Shown here in pieces: positions 9,704-19,101 of a DNA stretch of 64,000 nucleotides. This stretch comes from an uncultured Verrucomicrobiae bacterium (lineage in GTDB: Bacteria; Verrucomicrobiota; Verrucomicrobiia; Chthoniobacterales; UBA10450), in NCBI GenBank assembly GCA_963756875.1, contig CAVWPA010000003.1, positions 1,088,001 through 1,152,000 on the forward strand, read 5' to 3'. The notes under the pieces were generated by a model. It was given only the letters and a program-made list of their open reading frames with translations, was not told the origin of the DNA and searched no databases. The number at the start of each line of letters is the position of its first letter. Positions within the stretch are counted from its first letter, which is position 1. The position numbers and the translations under genes are program-made.

Positions 9704-9967
9704 CTAGATTGCGCCGGCTTTTTTCAAGGTCTTGTATGCGCCGTTTTTGTTGATCGTCTTGAGCCCGCGCGCGGTGACGCGGATCCGCACAAACTTCTTC
9801 AGCTCAGGCACCCAGATGCGGTGCTGATGCAGATTTGGACCAAAAACGCGCGGTACATTCTTAGTCACATGACGGCCGACACCGCCTTTTTTCTTGGCCA
9901 TACCGCGACGGTGAATAACGCTCCCGCGTGTGGCTCTCGATCCGGTGATTTTGCAGACCCTTGACAT
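9704..9967 (-). CDS. rpmB: 50S ribosomal protein L28
   Basis: MSRVCKITG...PNL...IWVPELKKFVRIRVTARGLKTINKNG. Confidence 0.97.
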   Translation of the reverse strand: MSRVCKITGSRATRGSVIHRRGMAKKKGGVGRHVTKNVPRVFGPNLHQHRIWVPELKKFVRIRVTARGLKTINKNGAYKTLKKAGAI

Positions 9968-10027
9968 GATGTGACCTCAGAAGAGGCGCGTAAGCTGCCG
10001 TCCAACGGCGCGCAGGTCAAGCGATTC

Positions 10028-10150
10028 TTTGCCCGCGAACAGCGCGAATGTGCGCGAATAGAAAATTGAAAATGTAGGAACGCCGCGCCGCGGCGTCCGG
10101 ACGGCTCAAGTTCCGATTATTCGTGTTAATTCGTGGGATTCGCGGGCAAA
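10028..10150. repeat. Inverted CGCGAA/CACGAAT array pair (empty GxxExxY-type ends) enclosing a REP
   Basis: TTTGCCCGCGAACAGCGCGAATGTGCGCGAAT ... ATTCGTGTTAATTCGTGGGATTCGCGGGCAAA; the outer 12 bp form a perfect inverted repeat. Confidence 0.7.
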
Positions 10151-10250
10151 GAAGTTCTTCACGGCTTGAACAGTAACGACGTGGCGTGGTCAAACTTATC
10201 TCTCGCAAAACACAGACCGCGCCGGCAAAATTGCCAAACAGATTAAAATC

Positions 10251-11291
10251 ATGACGCAAAAAAATAATCGCAAGCTGCGGATGGGAATTGTCGGCGCCGG
10301 TGGGATCGTTAAATCGCGCCATCTGCCTGCTTTGAAGCGGCGTCCCGAGGTCGAGATTGTCGCCGTTTCCAATTCCACTTACGAAAGCAGCGAATCCTTT
10401 TGCCGGGAAAACACGCCGGAAGCCACTCCGATGCGAAACTGGGCGGACCTGCTGGCCATTCCCGATCTGGACATCATCTGGATCGGCGCCCCGCCGTACA
10501 TGCACTCGGCGGTGACGATTTCCGCGCTGGAGGCGGGTAAACACGTTTTTTGTCAGGCGCGGATGGCCATGGATCTGGCTGAAGCCGAAGAAATGCTCGC
10601 CGCGGCGAAACGTTATCCCGAACTGGTCACGATGCTTTGCCCGCCACCCTATGGAATGCGAGCGGATCTTCTCGTAAAAAAATTACTGGCTGAGAACCAG
10701 ATCGGCCGGCCGCATCACGTGCGACTGAAAAGCTTTAACGGCGCCTGGCTAAACCCGGACGCACCGGCGCATTGGCGGCAACGGGTTGAGATCAGCGGAT
10801 TGAACGTGCTTACGCTCGGGATTTACGTCGAAGTCATGCAACGCTGGCTCGGCGATATCACCGGTCTCTTTGCGCGCGGCAAAATCGTTACGCCGATCCG
10901 GCAAGGCTACGAAGTCGTTATTCCCGACCTGCTCAATGTGCTTTGCGTTTTTGAAAATGGCGCGGAAGGCGTGCTCGAGTTTAGCGGCATCGATGCATTT
11001 TCTCCCGGTGATCGCCTCGAGATCTACGGCGATCGCGGAACGCTGATCTACGATTTCGCCACCGACATCGTCCAGGTAGGCAAAGTCGGCGAAAAAGATT
11101 TGAGAGTGGTCGATCTTCCCCCGGATTTAACCAGGGAATGGCGGGTGGAAGACGATTTTCTTTCTGCCGTGAAATCGAAAGGCCAGGTCCGCCCGCGTCC
11201 CGATTTCGAAGAAGGGGTGCGCTACATGCGCGTCGTCCAGGCGGCCGCCGACTCCCGCGCCAGCAACGCCTGGGTCAGCATCAGGAGCTGA
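10251..11291 (+). CDS. Gfo/Idh/MocA-family oxidoreductase
   Basis: LRMGIVGAGGI Rossmann motif; ALEAGKHVFCQARMA. Confidence 0.92.
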   Translation: MTQKNNRKLRMGIVGAGGIVKSRHLPALKRRPEVEIVAVSNSTYESSESFCRENTPEATPMRNWADLLAIPDLDIIWIGAPPYMHSAVTISALEAGKHVFCQARMAMDLAEAEEMLAAAKRYPELVTMLCPPPYGMRADLLVKKLLAENQIGRPHHVRLKSFNGAWLNPDAPAHWRQRVEISGLNVLTLGIYVEVMQRWLGDITGLFARGKIVTPIRQGYEVVIPDLLNVLCVFENGAEGVLEFSGIDAFSPGDRLEIYGDRGTLIYDFATDIVQVGKVGEKDLRVVDLPPDLTREWRVEDDFLSAVKSKGQVRPRPDFEEGVRYMRVVQAAADSRASNAWVSIRS

Positions 11292-11357
11292 TGACCCAGC
11301 GAATCGCATTGTTGTAGCCGGTATCGGTAATCTCGATCTTGGGGAAAGCGAAAAAGA

Positions 11358-12404
11358 TCAGAGAGCAGTGGCGAGGCGGGCGAGTCCATAGCCGATCAGG
11401 CCGGTTGCGGGCAGCGTGAAAATCCATGCCCAGACAATTCGTTCCACCACGTTCCATCGCATACCGCTGAAGCGTTTCACCGTGCCGACGCCCATGATTG
11501 AAGTGGAGATGACATGCGTCGTCGAGAGCGGAATGCCGTAATAGCTCGCAGCTTGAATGATCAGCGCGGCAGTAGTTTCTGCGGCGAATCCGTGCACTGG
11601 TTGCAATTTCACCATGCGATGACCGAGCGTGCGAATGATGCGCCAGCCGCCGGCCGCCGTTCCAACCGCCATGGTTGCGGCGCAGAGAACAGTGACCCAG
11701 ACAGGCAGCGCGAAGGTTGGCGTTTTAAGAAAGGAGAGCCAGCCGGGCAAATGATCGAAGCGCCCGGCCCGCGTTCCTGTAAAGAGAGCGAGTGTGATAA
11801 TGCCCATCGTTTTCTGGGCGTCGTTGGTGCCGTGACTGTGCGCCATCCAGGCCGCGCTGAAGATTTGCAACTTGCCGAAGAGCGAATGCACAAAGTGAGG
11901 GGTGAAGCGGTGAAGAGCGACAAAAAGCAAGAACATCAACAACCCGCCAAAAATAAATCCCGCAACCGGCGAGCTGATCATGGGTAGAACCACTTTTGGC
12001 CACACGCCCGTGTTCCATTTGATGACCGACCACTTGCCGTGCGCTGTGGCCAGGGCAGCGCCGCAGAGTCCACCGATGAGGGCGTGGCTCGAGCTGGAAG
12101 GCAGACCGGACCACCACGTGGCAATATTCCAAGCGAAAGCGGCAACGATTGCGCAGAGGACGGTGGCCATCGTCACGACGTTTGTGTCAACCAGGCCCCT
12201 GCCGATGGTTGAGGCCACCGCGCCGCCGAGCAGTGCGCCTGTGAGATTAAAAAAGGCCGCCATGGCGATAGCCTGACGAGGCGTGAGGACCTTTGTCGAT
12301 ACGACGGTTGCGATCGCGTTTGCGGCGTCGTGGAAGCCGTTGCTGTATTCGAAAATGACCGCCGCGAGAACAACGAGGAAGAACGTCAGCATCGTCGCGG
12401 GCAA
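11358..12404 (-). CDS. Inorganic phosphate transporter (PiT family)
   Basis: NGFHDAANAIAT, PSSSSHALIGG, HGTNDAQKTMG, PLSTTH. Confidence 0.95.
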   Translation of the reverse strand: MPATMLTFFLVVLAAVIFEYSNGFHDAANAIATVVSTKVLTPRQAIAMAAFFNLTGALLGGAVASTIGRGLVDTNVVTMATVLCAIVAAFAWNIATWWSGLPSSSSHALIGGLCGAALATAHGKWSVIKWNTGVWPKVVLPMISSPVAGFIFGGLLMFLLFVALHRFTPHFVHSLFGKLQIFSAAWMAHSHGTNDAQKTMGIITLALFTGTRAGRFDHLPGWLSFLKTPTFALPVWVTVLCAATMAVGTAAGGWRIIRTLGHRMVKLQPVHGFAAETTAALIIQAASYYGIPLSTTHVISTSIMGVGTVKRFSGMRWNVVERIVWAWIFTLPATGLIGYGLARLATAL

Positions 12405-12411
12405 ACGTCGT

Positions 12412-13050
12412 CTACGAATATTTTAGCGCGACTTGCAGGATGATATTGCCCGCGTCGCGGCAGCGGTCGATTACCTTTTCGATCAGTTCGAAGAGGTCGC
12501 GCAGAAATAGCACCTGCCTCGGGTCGTAGTCGCCCTGGTAAAGATCGCGCAACAGATCGAGTTCCAGTTTATCGGCGTCTCCCTCGATCGATTGCAGCTT
12601 CGCGTTCATTTCGCGCGCGGTCGCCGTATCGGTGCCTTTGCGCAATTGTTTTACCATGGCCAACACGGTCTCGGCCGCTTGATCGAGAAACTCCACCTGC
12701 TTGCGAAAATCGCGGCCCTGCAGTTCGTGCGGAGAAATCAAAACGCGCTCGCCGATTTTCTCCACCGTCTTCGGTATTTTGTAGAGGGCGACTCCCAGCG
12801 CCTGGATATCTTCGCGCTCCAGCGGCGTAATGAATGTCTTGCACAACTGCTCAGTCAGCTCCTGGGTGATTTGTTTGTCTTTTCGACGGCTGCGAACGAA
12901 CTCTTCCAGGCTTTGCGGTGAATCCTTTTGCTCGAGCCGCTCGAGAAGCGCGATCAAATGATGCACGCTGGCATCCGCTTGCTGCGCGCTCGCTTCCAGC
13001 AAATCGAAAAACTTTTTATCGCGCCCAAGAATTCTTTGGATCGAAAACAT
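12412..13050 (-). CDS. DUF47 phosphate-transport regulator (PhoU-like)
   Basis: TFITPLEREDI motif; directly upstream of PiT. Confidence 0.9.
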   Translation of the reverse strand: MFSIQRILGRDKKFFDLLEASAQQADASVHHLIALLERLEQKDSPQSLEEFVRSRRKDKQITQELTEQLCKTFITPLEREDIQALGVALYKIPKTVEKIGERVLISPHELQGRDFRKQVEFLDQAAETVLAMVKQLRKGTDTATAREMNAKLQSIEGDADKLELDLLRDLYQGDYDPRQVLFLRDLFELIEKVIDRCRDAGNIILQVALKYS

Positions 13051-13063
13051 AGTCTACAAGCGG

Positions 13064-14446
13064 TTAAAGCAGCGTCCCGCGCAAGACGAGAAGCGCGACA
13101 TTAAAGTAAATCACCAGACCGGTGACATCGACAAGAGTGGCGACGAATGGCGCCGACGCCGCAGCTGGATCAAGCCCGCATCGTCGCAACACGAATGGAA
13201 GCATCGATCCAGCAATGCAGCCCCACAACACCACTCCGATCAACGCTATCGCGACTGTGGCCGCGATCAGCCAATGATACTTGCCGTAATCGAAGATGTG
13301 AAGCTGCTGCCAAAGTGAGATTCGAAAAAAACCGATGCAGCCCAGAATCACGCCGAGAGAAATTCCCGATGCGAGTTCCTTACGAACGACCCGAAACCAG
13401 TCGCGTAAGCGCAATTCGCCAATTGCCATCGCCCGGATGACCAGCGTAGTGGCCTGCGAACCGGAATTACCGCCGCTGGAGATGATCAGCGGCAAAAACA
13501 TCGCCAGAATCGACGCCTTTTCAATTTCGCTATTGTAACCTTGCATCGCAGTGGCGGTGAGCATTTCGCCAAGAAAAAGAATGATTAGCCAGGTCGCGCG
13601 CTTTTTTACCATTCGCCGAAGCGAGATGGTGGTGTACGGCTCGTCCAACGCTTCCATACCGCCGATCTTCTGGATGTCTTCGGTCGCTTCCTTTTCGGCG
13701 ACGTCGAGCATATCGTCGATGGTCACGATACCGACCAGCACGCCGTTGGAATCGACCACCGGCAGCGCGGTGCGATCGTATTTCCGGAAAACATTGAGCG
13801 CGTCCTGTTGCGAGTCGCCCACGTTTAAAGCAACGAAATTGCTGTTTCTGATTTCGCTTACTTTGACGTCGAGAGGCCGAAGGAGAAACTCGCGCATGCG
13901 CAGGTCGTCGATCAGCTTTCCGTTATCGTCGACCACGTAAATGACATTGAGCGTCTCGCTGTCCTGGCCGTTCTCGCGGACGTAATTGAGCACTTCCTTC
14001 ACGGTCCAATCTTCGCGCACGGCGATAAAATCCGGCGTCATCAAACGGCCCACGCTGCCTTCCGGATAACCAAGCAGCGACTGGGCGACCCGCCGTTCGT
14101 CCGGCGTGAGCAGCCGAATCAACTGCCGCGCGGCCGCGCTCGGCAATTCTTCCAGCAACGCCGTGCGATCGTCGGGCGACATTTCGTTGAGAATGCCGAC
14201 CACCTGCTCGTGCGCCATCGCGCGCAGCAATTGCTGCTGCGCCTCCACATCGAGATACTCAAAAACGTCCGCCGCGAGGGCATGAGGGAGAACGCGGAAA
14301 ACGATCACCCGATCGTCCTCTTCCATATCGAGAATCACTTCCGCCACGTCCGCCGGCGGCCATTCGCGAAACATCTCGCGCAGCGCTCCAAAATCGCGCG
14401 CCTCGATCAGGCTCTTAATTTCCGGGATAAGGATTTTGCCAACCAT
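13064..14446 (-). CDS. mgtE: Magnesium transporter MgtE
   Basis: MgtE N domain, CBS pair, SSGGNSGSQ, DPAAASAPFVATLVD. Confidence 0.96.
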   Translation of the reverse strand: MVGKILIPEIKSLIEARDFGALREMFREWPPADVAEVILDMEEDDRVIVFRVLPHALAADVFEYLDVEAQQQLLRAMAHEQVVGILNEMSPDDRTALLEELPSAAARQLIRLLTPDERRVAQSLLGYPEGSVGRLMTPDFIAVREDWTVKEVLNYVRENGQDSETLNVIYVVDDNGKLIDDLRMREFLLRPLDVKVSEIRNSNFVALNVGDSQQDALNVFRKYDRTALPVVDSNGVLVGIVTIDDMLDVAEKEATEDIQKIGGMEALDEPYTTISLRRMVKKRATWLIILFLGEMLTATAMQGYNSEIEKASILAMFLPLIISSGGNSGSQATTLVIRAMAIGELRLRDWFRVVRKELASGISLGVILGCIGFFRISLWQQLHIFDYGKYHWLIAATVAIALIGVVLWGCIAGSMLPFVLRRCGLDPAAASAPFVATLVDVTGLVIYFNVALLVLRGTLL

Positions 14447-14562
14447 AAAATCTAAAGGAGCGCCAGTCTCGGGCTGGCGCTCAGATTGTTAACGCAAGCC
14501 GGTCGCTTAGGCTAGATTCTTCTCCGCTTGGAATTTGCACGAAATTGGTGAAGATAACTTTG

Positions 14563-16719
14563 ATGCCTGCGACTCTTACCGGCCCATTGCTTCGCCGCGA
14601 CGTTGGCGACGACCGCGTTTGCGTGCTCACGTTCGATCGCCCGGAATCGGGCGCGAACATCTTCGACGCCGCCGCGCTGAACGAATTGAACGAGCATCTC
14701 GATTTTATCGAAGGCGAAACGTCGCTGCGCGGCTTGATCGTCGCCTCGGCCAAGAAATCGATCTTCATCGCCGGCGCGGACTTGAAAACGCTATTGAAAC
14801 AGGCGCAAACCGGGGAGTTGCGTGATTTTATCGCGGAAGGCCAGCGTACCTTCAATCGCGTCGCCGCGCTGAAAATTCCGACCGTGGCGGCGATCCATGG
14901 CGCGTGCGCGGGCGGTGGTTACGAGATCACGCTGGCGTGCGATTGGCGGGTGGCTTCGGACGATCCGGCGACGCGAATCGGTTTGCCGGAGACGACGCTC
15001 GGTTTGCTCCCGGCCTGGGGCGGCTGCACGCGTCTCCCGCGTTTGATCGGGTTCGAGCGCGCCAGCGAAGTGATTTTGAAAGGCAAACTTCATTCTGCGC
15101 AGGACGCGTTGAAGGTTGGATTGGTTGATGAAACTGCACCGCGCGACCAGCTTCTCGATCGCGCGCGCAAAAAACTGGGCGAGGGGAAACGAAAAGCCGG
15201 GCCCTCACCCCACCCTCTCCCTCAGGGAGAGGCGGACGGCAAAGCCGCCGGTGAGGGTAAATCGCCTAAACCGCCGCGCGTCATCGGTAACGAGGCGCCC
15301 GGGCGCGCGTCGGAAGTTATCAAGAAAGGCCTGACAACTTCGGTCGATGAGTCGCTCAAGCTCGAGTTGGACGGGATTGTCCATCTCGGCAAAACGGAGT
15401 CGACGCAAAACCTGATTCGCAATTTTTTCCTCGCTGAGAAGTATAAAAGAGGAAAGTCCAAAGCTCCGGCTGAAAAAGTTGTGCACGCAGCAGTGATCGG
15501 CGCCGGCGTGATGGGTTCTGGCATTGCGCAATGGCTCAGCTCGCACGGAGTCACGGTAATTTTGCGCGACGTCAGCCGGGAACAGATTGATCGCGGCCTG
15601 GCCAACATCGAGAAGACCTACGCGGACGCGGTCAAACGCGGCTTGATGAATGAGGAAAAGGCGAAGCAGGGTCGCGCGCGCGTCGTTGCTTCGATGGCGC
15701 CGATGGAGTTGCGCGACGTGCAGTTTGTCATCGAAGCGGCTTCGGAAAAAATCGAGGTCAAAAAAGAAATCTTTCGCGACCTCTCCATGAAAGTCGGACA
15801 AAAGACGATTGTCGCGACCAATACGTCTGCGCTCCCGATCTCTGAACTGGCTGCAGTTACAATTTTGGCCGACCGCGTCGTGGGGCTGCACTTTTTCAAT
15901 CCGGTTAGCCGGATGAAACTCGTCGAGGTGGTGATTGGAAAAGAGACCGCGGCAACGACCCGGGAGAGCGCTTTGGCGTTTGTCAGGCAAATTGGAAAGC
16001 TCCCGGTTGTCGTGCGCGATTGCCCCGGGTTTCTGGTGAATCGCGTTCTGTTTCCGTACCTGCTCGATGCGGCGGAGCTTTTTGAAGCCGGTCTGGAAGC
16101 TGAGAAGATCGACAATGCCCTGCTGACATGGGGAATGCCGATGGGCCCGCTGCGACTGATCGACGAAATCGGCGGTGATGTAACAGTAGATATTGCCGCC
16201 ACTCTGGAGAAGGCATTCGGCCATCGCGATCAGGCGCCAGCCGTTCTTCTCTGGTTGAGGGACGGTCAAATGTTCGGACGCAAATCAGGCAACGGCTTTT
16301 ACAAATACGAAGGCAAGGCGACTACGCCTAACGAATCGCTTGTGCAATGGCAACAGGGACTGCATGGGGAGCCAGAGGGCCCGGAAGGACCTAATATTCC
16401 GCCAGGGAGCCATGGCGATCCGCGACTGCATCTGAACGAAGAGGAAATCGCACAGCGCCTTATCTTCCTGATGGTTAACGAGGCGGCTCGTTGCCTGGAG
16501 GAAAATGTGGTGGAATCGCCCGAAGACGCCGATTACGGAATGATTCTCGGCACCGGCTTCGCGCCGTTTCGCGGAGGTCCGCTGAGGTTCGCCGAAAATT
16601 TTGGGCTGAAGAAAGTCGTCGAGGCTATGGAGCGGCTGTCGCAGATAGAGAAGAAGTTTGGGCCGTGCGAACTCCTCAAAAAACACGCACGCGATGGGAC
16701 AAAATTTTATGAATCGTAG
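14563..16719 (+). CDS. Enoyl-CoA hydratase/3-hydroxyacyl-CoA dehydrogenase (FadJ/FadB-like)
   Basis: FIAGADL, GACAGGGYE, GLPETTLG; VIGAGVMGSGIA, TNTSAL, GLHFFNP, PGFLVNR, GMPMGP. Confidence 0.93.
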   Translation: MPATLTGPLLRRDVGDDRVCVLTFDRPESGANIFDAAALNELNEHLDFIEGETSLRGLIVASAKKSIFIAGADLKTLLKQAQTGELRDFIAEGQRTFNRVAALKIPTVAAIHGACAGGGYEITLACDWRVASDDPATRIGLPETTLGLLPAWGGCTRLPRLIGFERASEVILKGKLHSAQDALKVGLVDETAPRDQLLDRARKKLGEGKRKAGPSPHPLPQGEADGKAAGEGKSPKPPRVIGNEAPGRASEVIKKGLTTSVDESLKLELDGIVHLGKTESTQNLIRNFFLAEKYKRGKSKAPAEKVVHAAVIGAGVMGSGIAQWLSSHGVTVILRDVSREQIDRGLANIEKTYADAVKRGLMNEEKAKQGRARVVASMAPMELRDVQFVIEAASEKIEVKKEIFRDLSMKVGQKTIVATNTSALPISELAAVTILADRVVGLHFFNPVSRMKLVEVVIGKETAATTRESALAFVRQIGKLPVVVRDCPGFLVNRVLFPYLLDAAELFEAGLEAEKIDNALLTWGMPMGPLRLIDEIGGDVTVDIAATLEKAFGHRDQAPAVLLWLRDGQMFGRKSGNGFYKYEGKATTPNESLVQWQQGLHGEPEGPEGPNIPPGSHGDPRLHLNEEEIAQRLIFLMVNEAARCLEENVVESPEDADYGMILGTGFAPFRGGPLRFAENFGLKKVVEAMERLSQIEKKFGPCELLKKHARDGTKFYES

Positions 16720-16839
16720 ACAGGTAGGGATGGCTAATGCCAGTCCGGCTCGGACCCGGGGGCGTCCGTCGAATCTTCATGCCGCGGCAAAAAGAAAATT
16801 AGTCGGCACGCTCGGAGATCGCGCCCTACCTTGAATAAA

Positions 16840-18771
16840 ATGAAATCCCCACCAGAAGCCCCTCAAAAGCAGGTCAGCGAAGAAACCAGCGCAAAACCGG
16901 AAAAAGTCGCCGGGTCGTCAGTAATCGACACGTCAAAAATGTCGAAGGGCAAGCGCGAAGCCCTTGAACTGGCCGAAGCGTCGCGCGACCCGTTGGACGA
17001 TCGCGGCAGTTTCGCCAGCAACTTGTTCGTGGGCCGGTACGATTTCGCCCGAATCCATCCATATCCCGCTCAAAGCGCCGAAGACCGCGCGGCCGGGGAG
17101 GAGTTTTTGACCAGCCTGAAAAAGTATCTTCGCGAGAACATCGACGCGGATGAAATCGACCGCACCGGTGAAATCCCGCAAAAGAACATCGAAGAGCTTT
17201 TCGCGATGGGCGCCTTCGGCGTGAAAATCCCGAAGCAGTACGGCGGTCTCGGTTTGTCCCAGGTGAACTACGGGCGCGCGGCGATGTTGCTCGGAAGCTG
17301 GGATGCAAATCTCACGGCGCTCGTCTCGGCGCATCAGTCGATTGGCGTTCCGCAGCCGTTGCTGCTTTTCGGAACGGAAGAACAGAAGAAAAAATACCTG
17401 CCGCGAGTTGCACGCAGCGAGATCTCCGCTTTCGCGCTCACGGAATGGAACGCCGGGTCGGATCCGGCGAACATGAGTTTGCGCGCCGATCCGACCGAAG
17501 ATGGTTCGGGGTTCATCCTGAACGGTGAAAAACTCTGGTGCACAAATTTGATTAAAGCCGGCGTGCTTGTGGTCATGGCGCAAACGGCGCCGAAAATTGT
17601 CAACGGCAGGGAGCGCAAGCAAATCACGGCCTTCATCGTCGACGTCGATTCGCCCGGCCTTGAGATCGCGTATCGCTGCCATTTCATGGGACTGCGCGCG
17701 CTTTACAACGGGATCGTGAAATTCACGAATGTGCGCGTGCCGCGCGAAAACATGATCTCGAAGGAAGGTGCGGGGTTAAAGGTCGCGCTCACGACGTTGA
17801 ACACCGGAAGGCTGACGATTCCGGCGGCATGCGTTGGTTTGTCGAAACGTTTGCTCGAGATCTGCCGCAAATGGGCGGGCGAGCGGATTCAGTGGGGCGT
17901 GCCGATTGGCCAGCACGCTGCCATTGCCGGGAAGATTGCGGAGATGGCGGGGAACGTTTTTGCCATGGAAGCGATGACGTTCCTGACTTCGTCCATGGTG
18001 GATCGCAAGGCAGGCGATCTGCGCATTGAAACCGCGATGTGCAAAATGTGGGCTACGGAAACGACATGGAAGATTGCCGATGACGCCATGCAGGTGCGCG
18101 GCGGCCGCGGTTACGAGACGGCGCAATCGCTCGCCGGTCGCGGCGAAGAACCGGTTCCGGTGGAACGTTTCCTGCGCGATTGCCGCATTAACCTGATCTT
18201 CGAAGGATCCAGCGAGATCATGCGGCTCTTCATCGCCCGCGAAGCGCTCGATCCGCATTTGAAAGTCGGCGGCGCGATTTTCAACACGCAATTGCCGATG
18301 TCCGAGCGCGCGAAAGCCGTTTTCACTTCCGGGAAATTTTATGCCGGCTGGTATCCGCGCCAGTGGATACCGGGCGACGCAGGCAAGATCGAGAACTTGC
18401 ATGAGACGTTGCGCGGCCACGTCAACTATGCGGCGCGGGCAAGCAAGCGACTCGCGCGTGGATTATTTCACGCCATGGCGCGGTTTGGTCCGAAGCTTGA
18501 TCGCCAGCAATTGTTGCTCTCGCGTTTCGTCGGAATCGCCACGGAACTTTTCGCCATCAGCGCCACCTGTTCCTTCGCCCAATCGAAAATCGATGGTGGC
18601 ATGGCTGCCGACGAGGTCCTTTCCGTCGCCGATTATTTCTGCCGGTCCGCGCGGATGCGGATCGATCAGCATTTTGCCGGCACAGCACGCAACGCCGACA
18701 AGCGTGGTTACCAACTCACGCAGGAGTTGCTGGCGGGAAAGCACGCGGACTTGCGTGAGGGGATCGTGTAA
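16840..18771 (+). CDS. Acyl-CoA dehydrogenase (ACAD9/VLCAD-like)
   Basis: SAHQSIG, AFALTE..AGSD, LNGEKLWCTN, QVRGGRGYE, IFEGSSEIMR; extended C-terminal domain. Confidence 0.93.
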   Translation: MKSPPEAPQKQVSEETSAKPEKVAGSSVIDTSKMSKGKREALELAEASRDPLDDRGSFASNLFVGRYDFARIHPYPAQSAEDRAAGEEFLTSLKKYLRENIDADEIDRTGEIPQKNIEELFAMGAFGVKIPKQYGGLGLSQVNYGRAAMLLGSWDANLTALVSAHQSIGVPQPLLLFGTEEQKKKYLPRVARSEISAFALTEWNAGSDPANMSLRADPTEDGSGFILNGEKLWCTNLIKAGVLVVMAQTAPKIVNGRERKQITAFIVDVDSPGLEIAYRCHFMGLRALYNGIVKFTNVRVPRENMISKEGAGLKVALTTLNTGRLTIPAACVGLSKRLLEICRKWAGERIQWGVPIGQHAAIAGKIAEMAGNVFAMEAMTFLTSSMVDRKAGDLRIETAMCKMWATETTWKIADDAMQVRGGRGYETAQSLAGRGEEPVPVERFLRDCRINLIFEGSSEIMRLFIAREALDPHLKVGGAIFNTQLPMSERAKAVFTSGKFYAGWYPRQWIPGDAGKIENLHETLRGHVNYAARASKRLARGLFHAMARFGPKLDRQQLLLSRFVGIATELFAISATCSFAQSKIDGGMAADEVLSVADYFCRSARMRIDQHFAGTARNADKRGYQLTQELLAGKHADLREGIV

Positions 18772-18783
18772 GGGGAGCGGAGC

Positions 18784-18907
18784 TCTGGGGAGCGCACGCG
18801 CCCTCGCGTGCCCGTTGCGGCGCCCTCGCCGCAATGCTCTGGAAGGCAAAAGTTCGCGATGGCGAGGGCGCCATCGCCAGCACGCGAGGGCGCGTGCGCT
18901 CCCCAGA
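18784..18907. repeat. REPIN/MITE-like palindromic element, family A
   Basis: 28-bp terminal inverted repeat TCTGGGGAGCGCACGCGCCCTCGCGTGC with internal hairpins. Confidence 0.85.
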
Positions 18908-19002
18908 AGGATTTCGTCGGCTCGACCGAGTCTCGCCCCACCAGCTGGCTCTTCCACCGCTACGTTGATTCGCTAAAGCGTTAGAGTCGTAGTTTCCCGT
19001 GA

Positions 19003-19090
19003 CGCTTGGTGCTTGGGCCTTGATGCTTCTCTGGTGCTTGGATGTTGGAGCTTGGAGCTTCCCTGGGATTTGGAACTTGGGCTTTGGGGT
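19003..19090. repeat. Degenerate short tandem repeat array (CTTGG-core units)
   Basis: gcttggt gcttggg ... cttggatgttggagcttggagctt ... tttggaacttgggctttggg. Confidence 0.6.
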
Positions 19091-19101
19091 TTTCTATTCG
19101 C

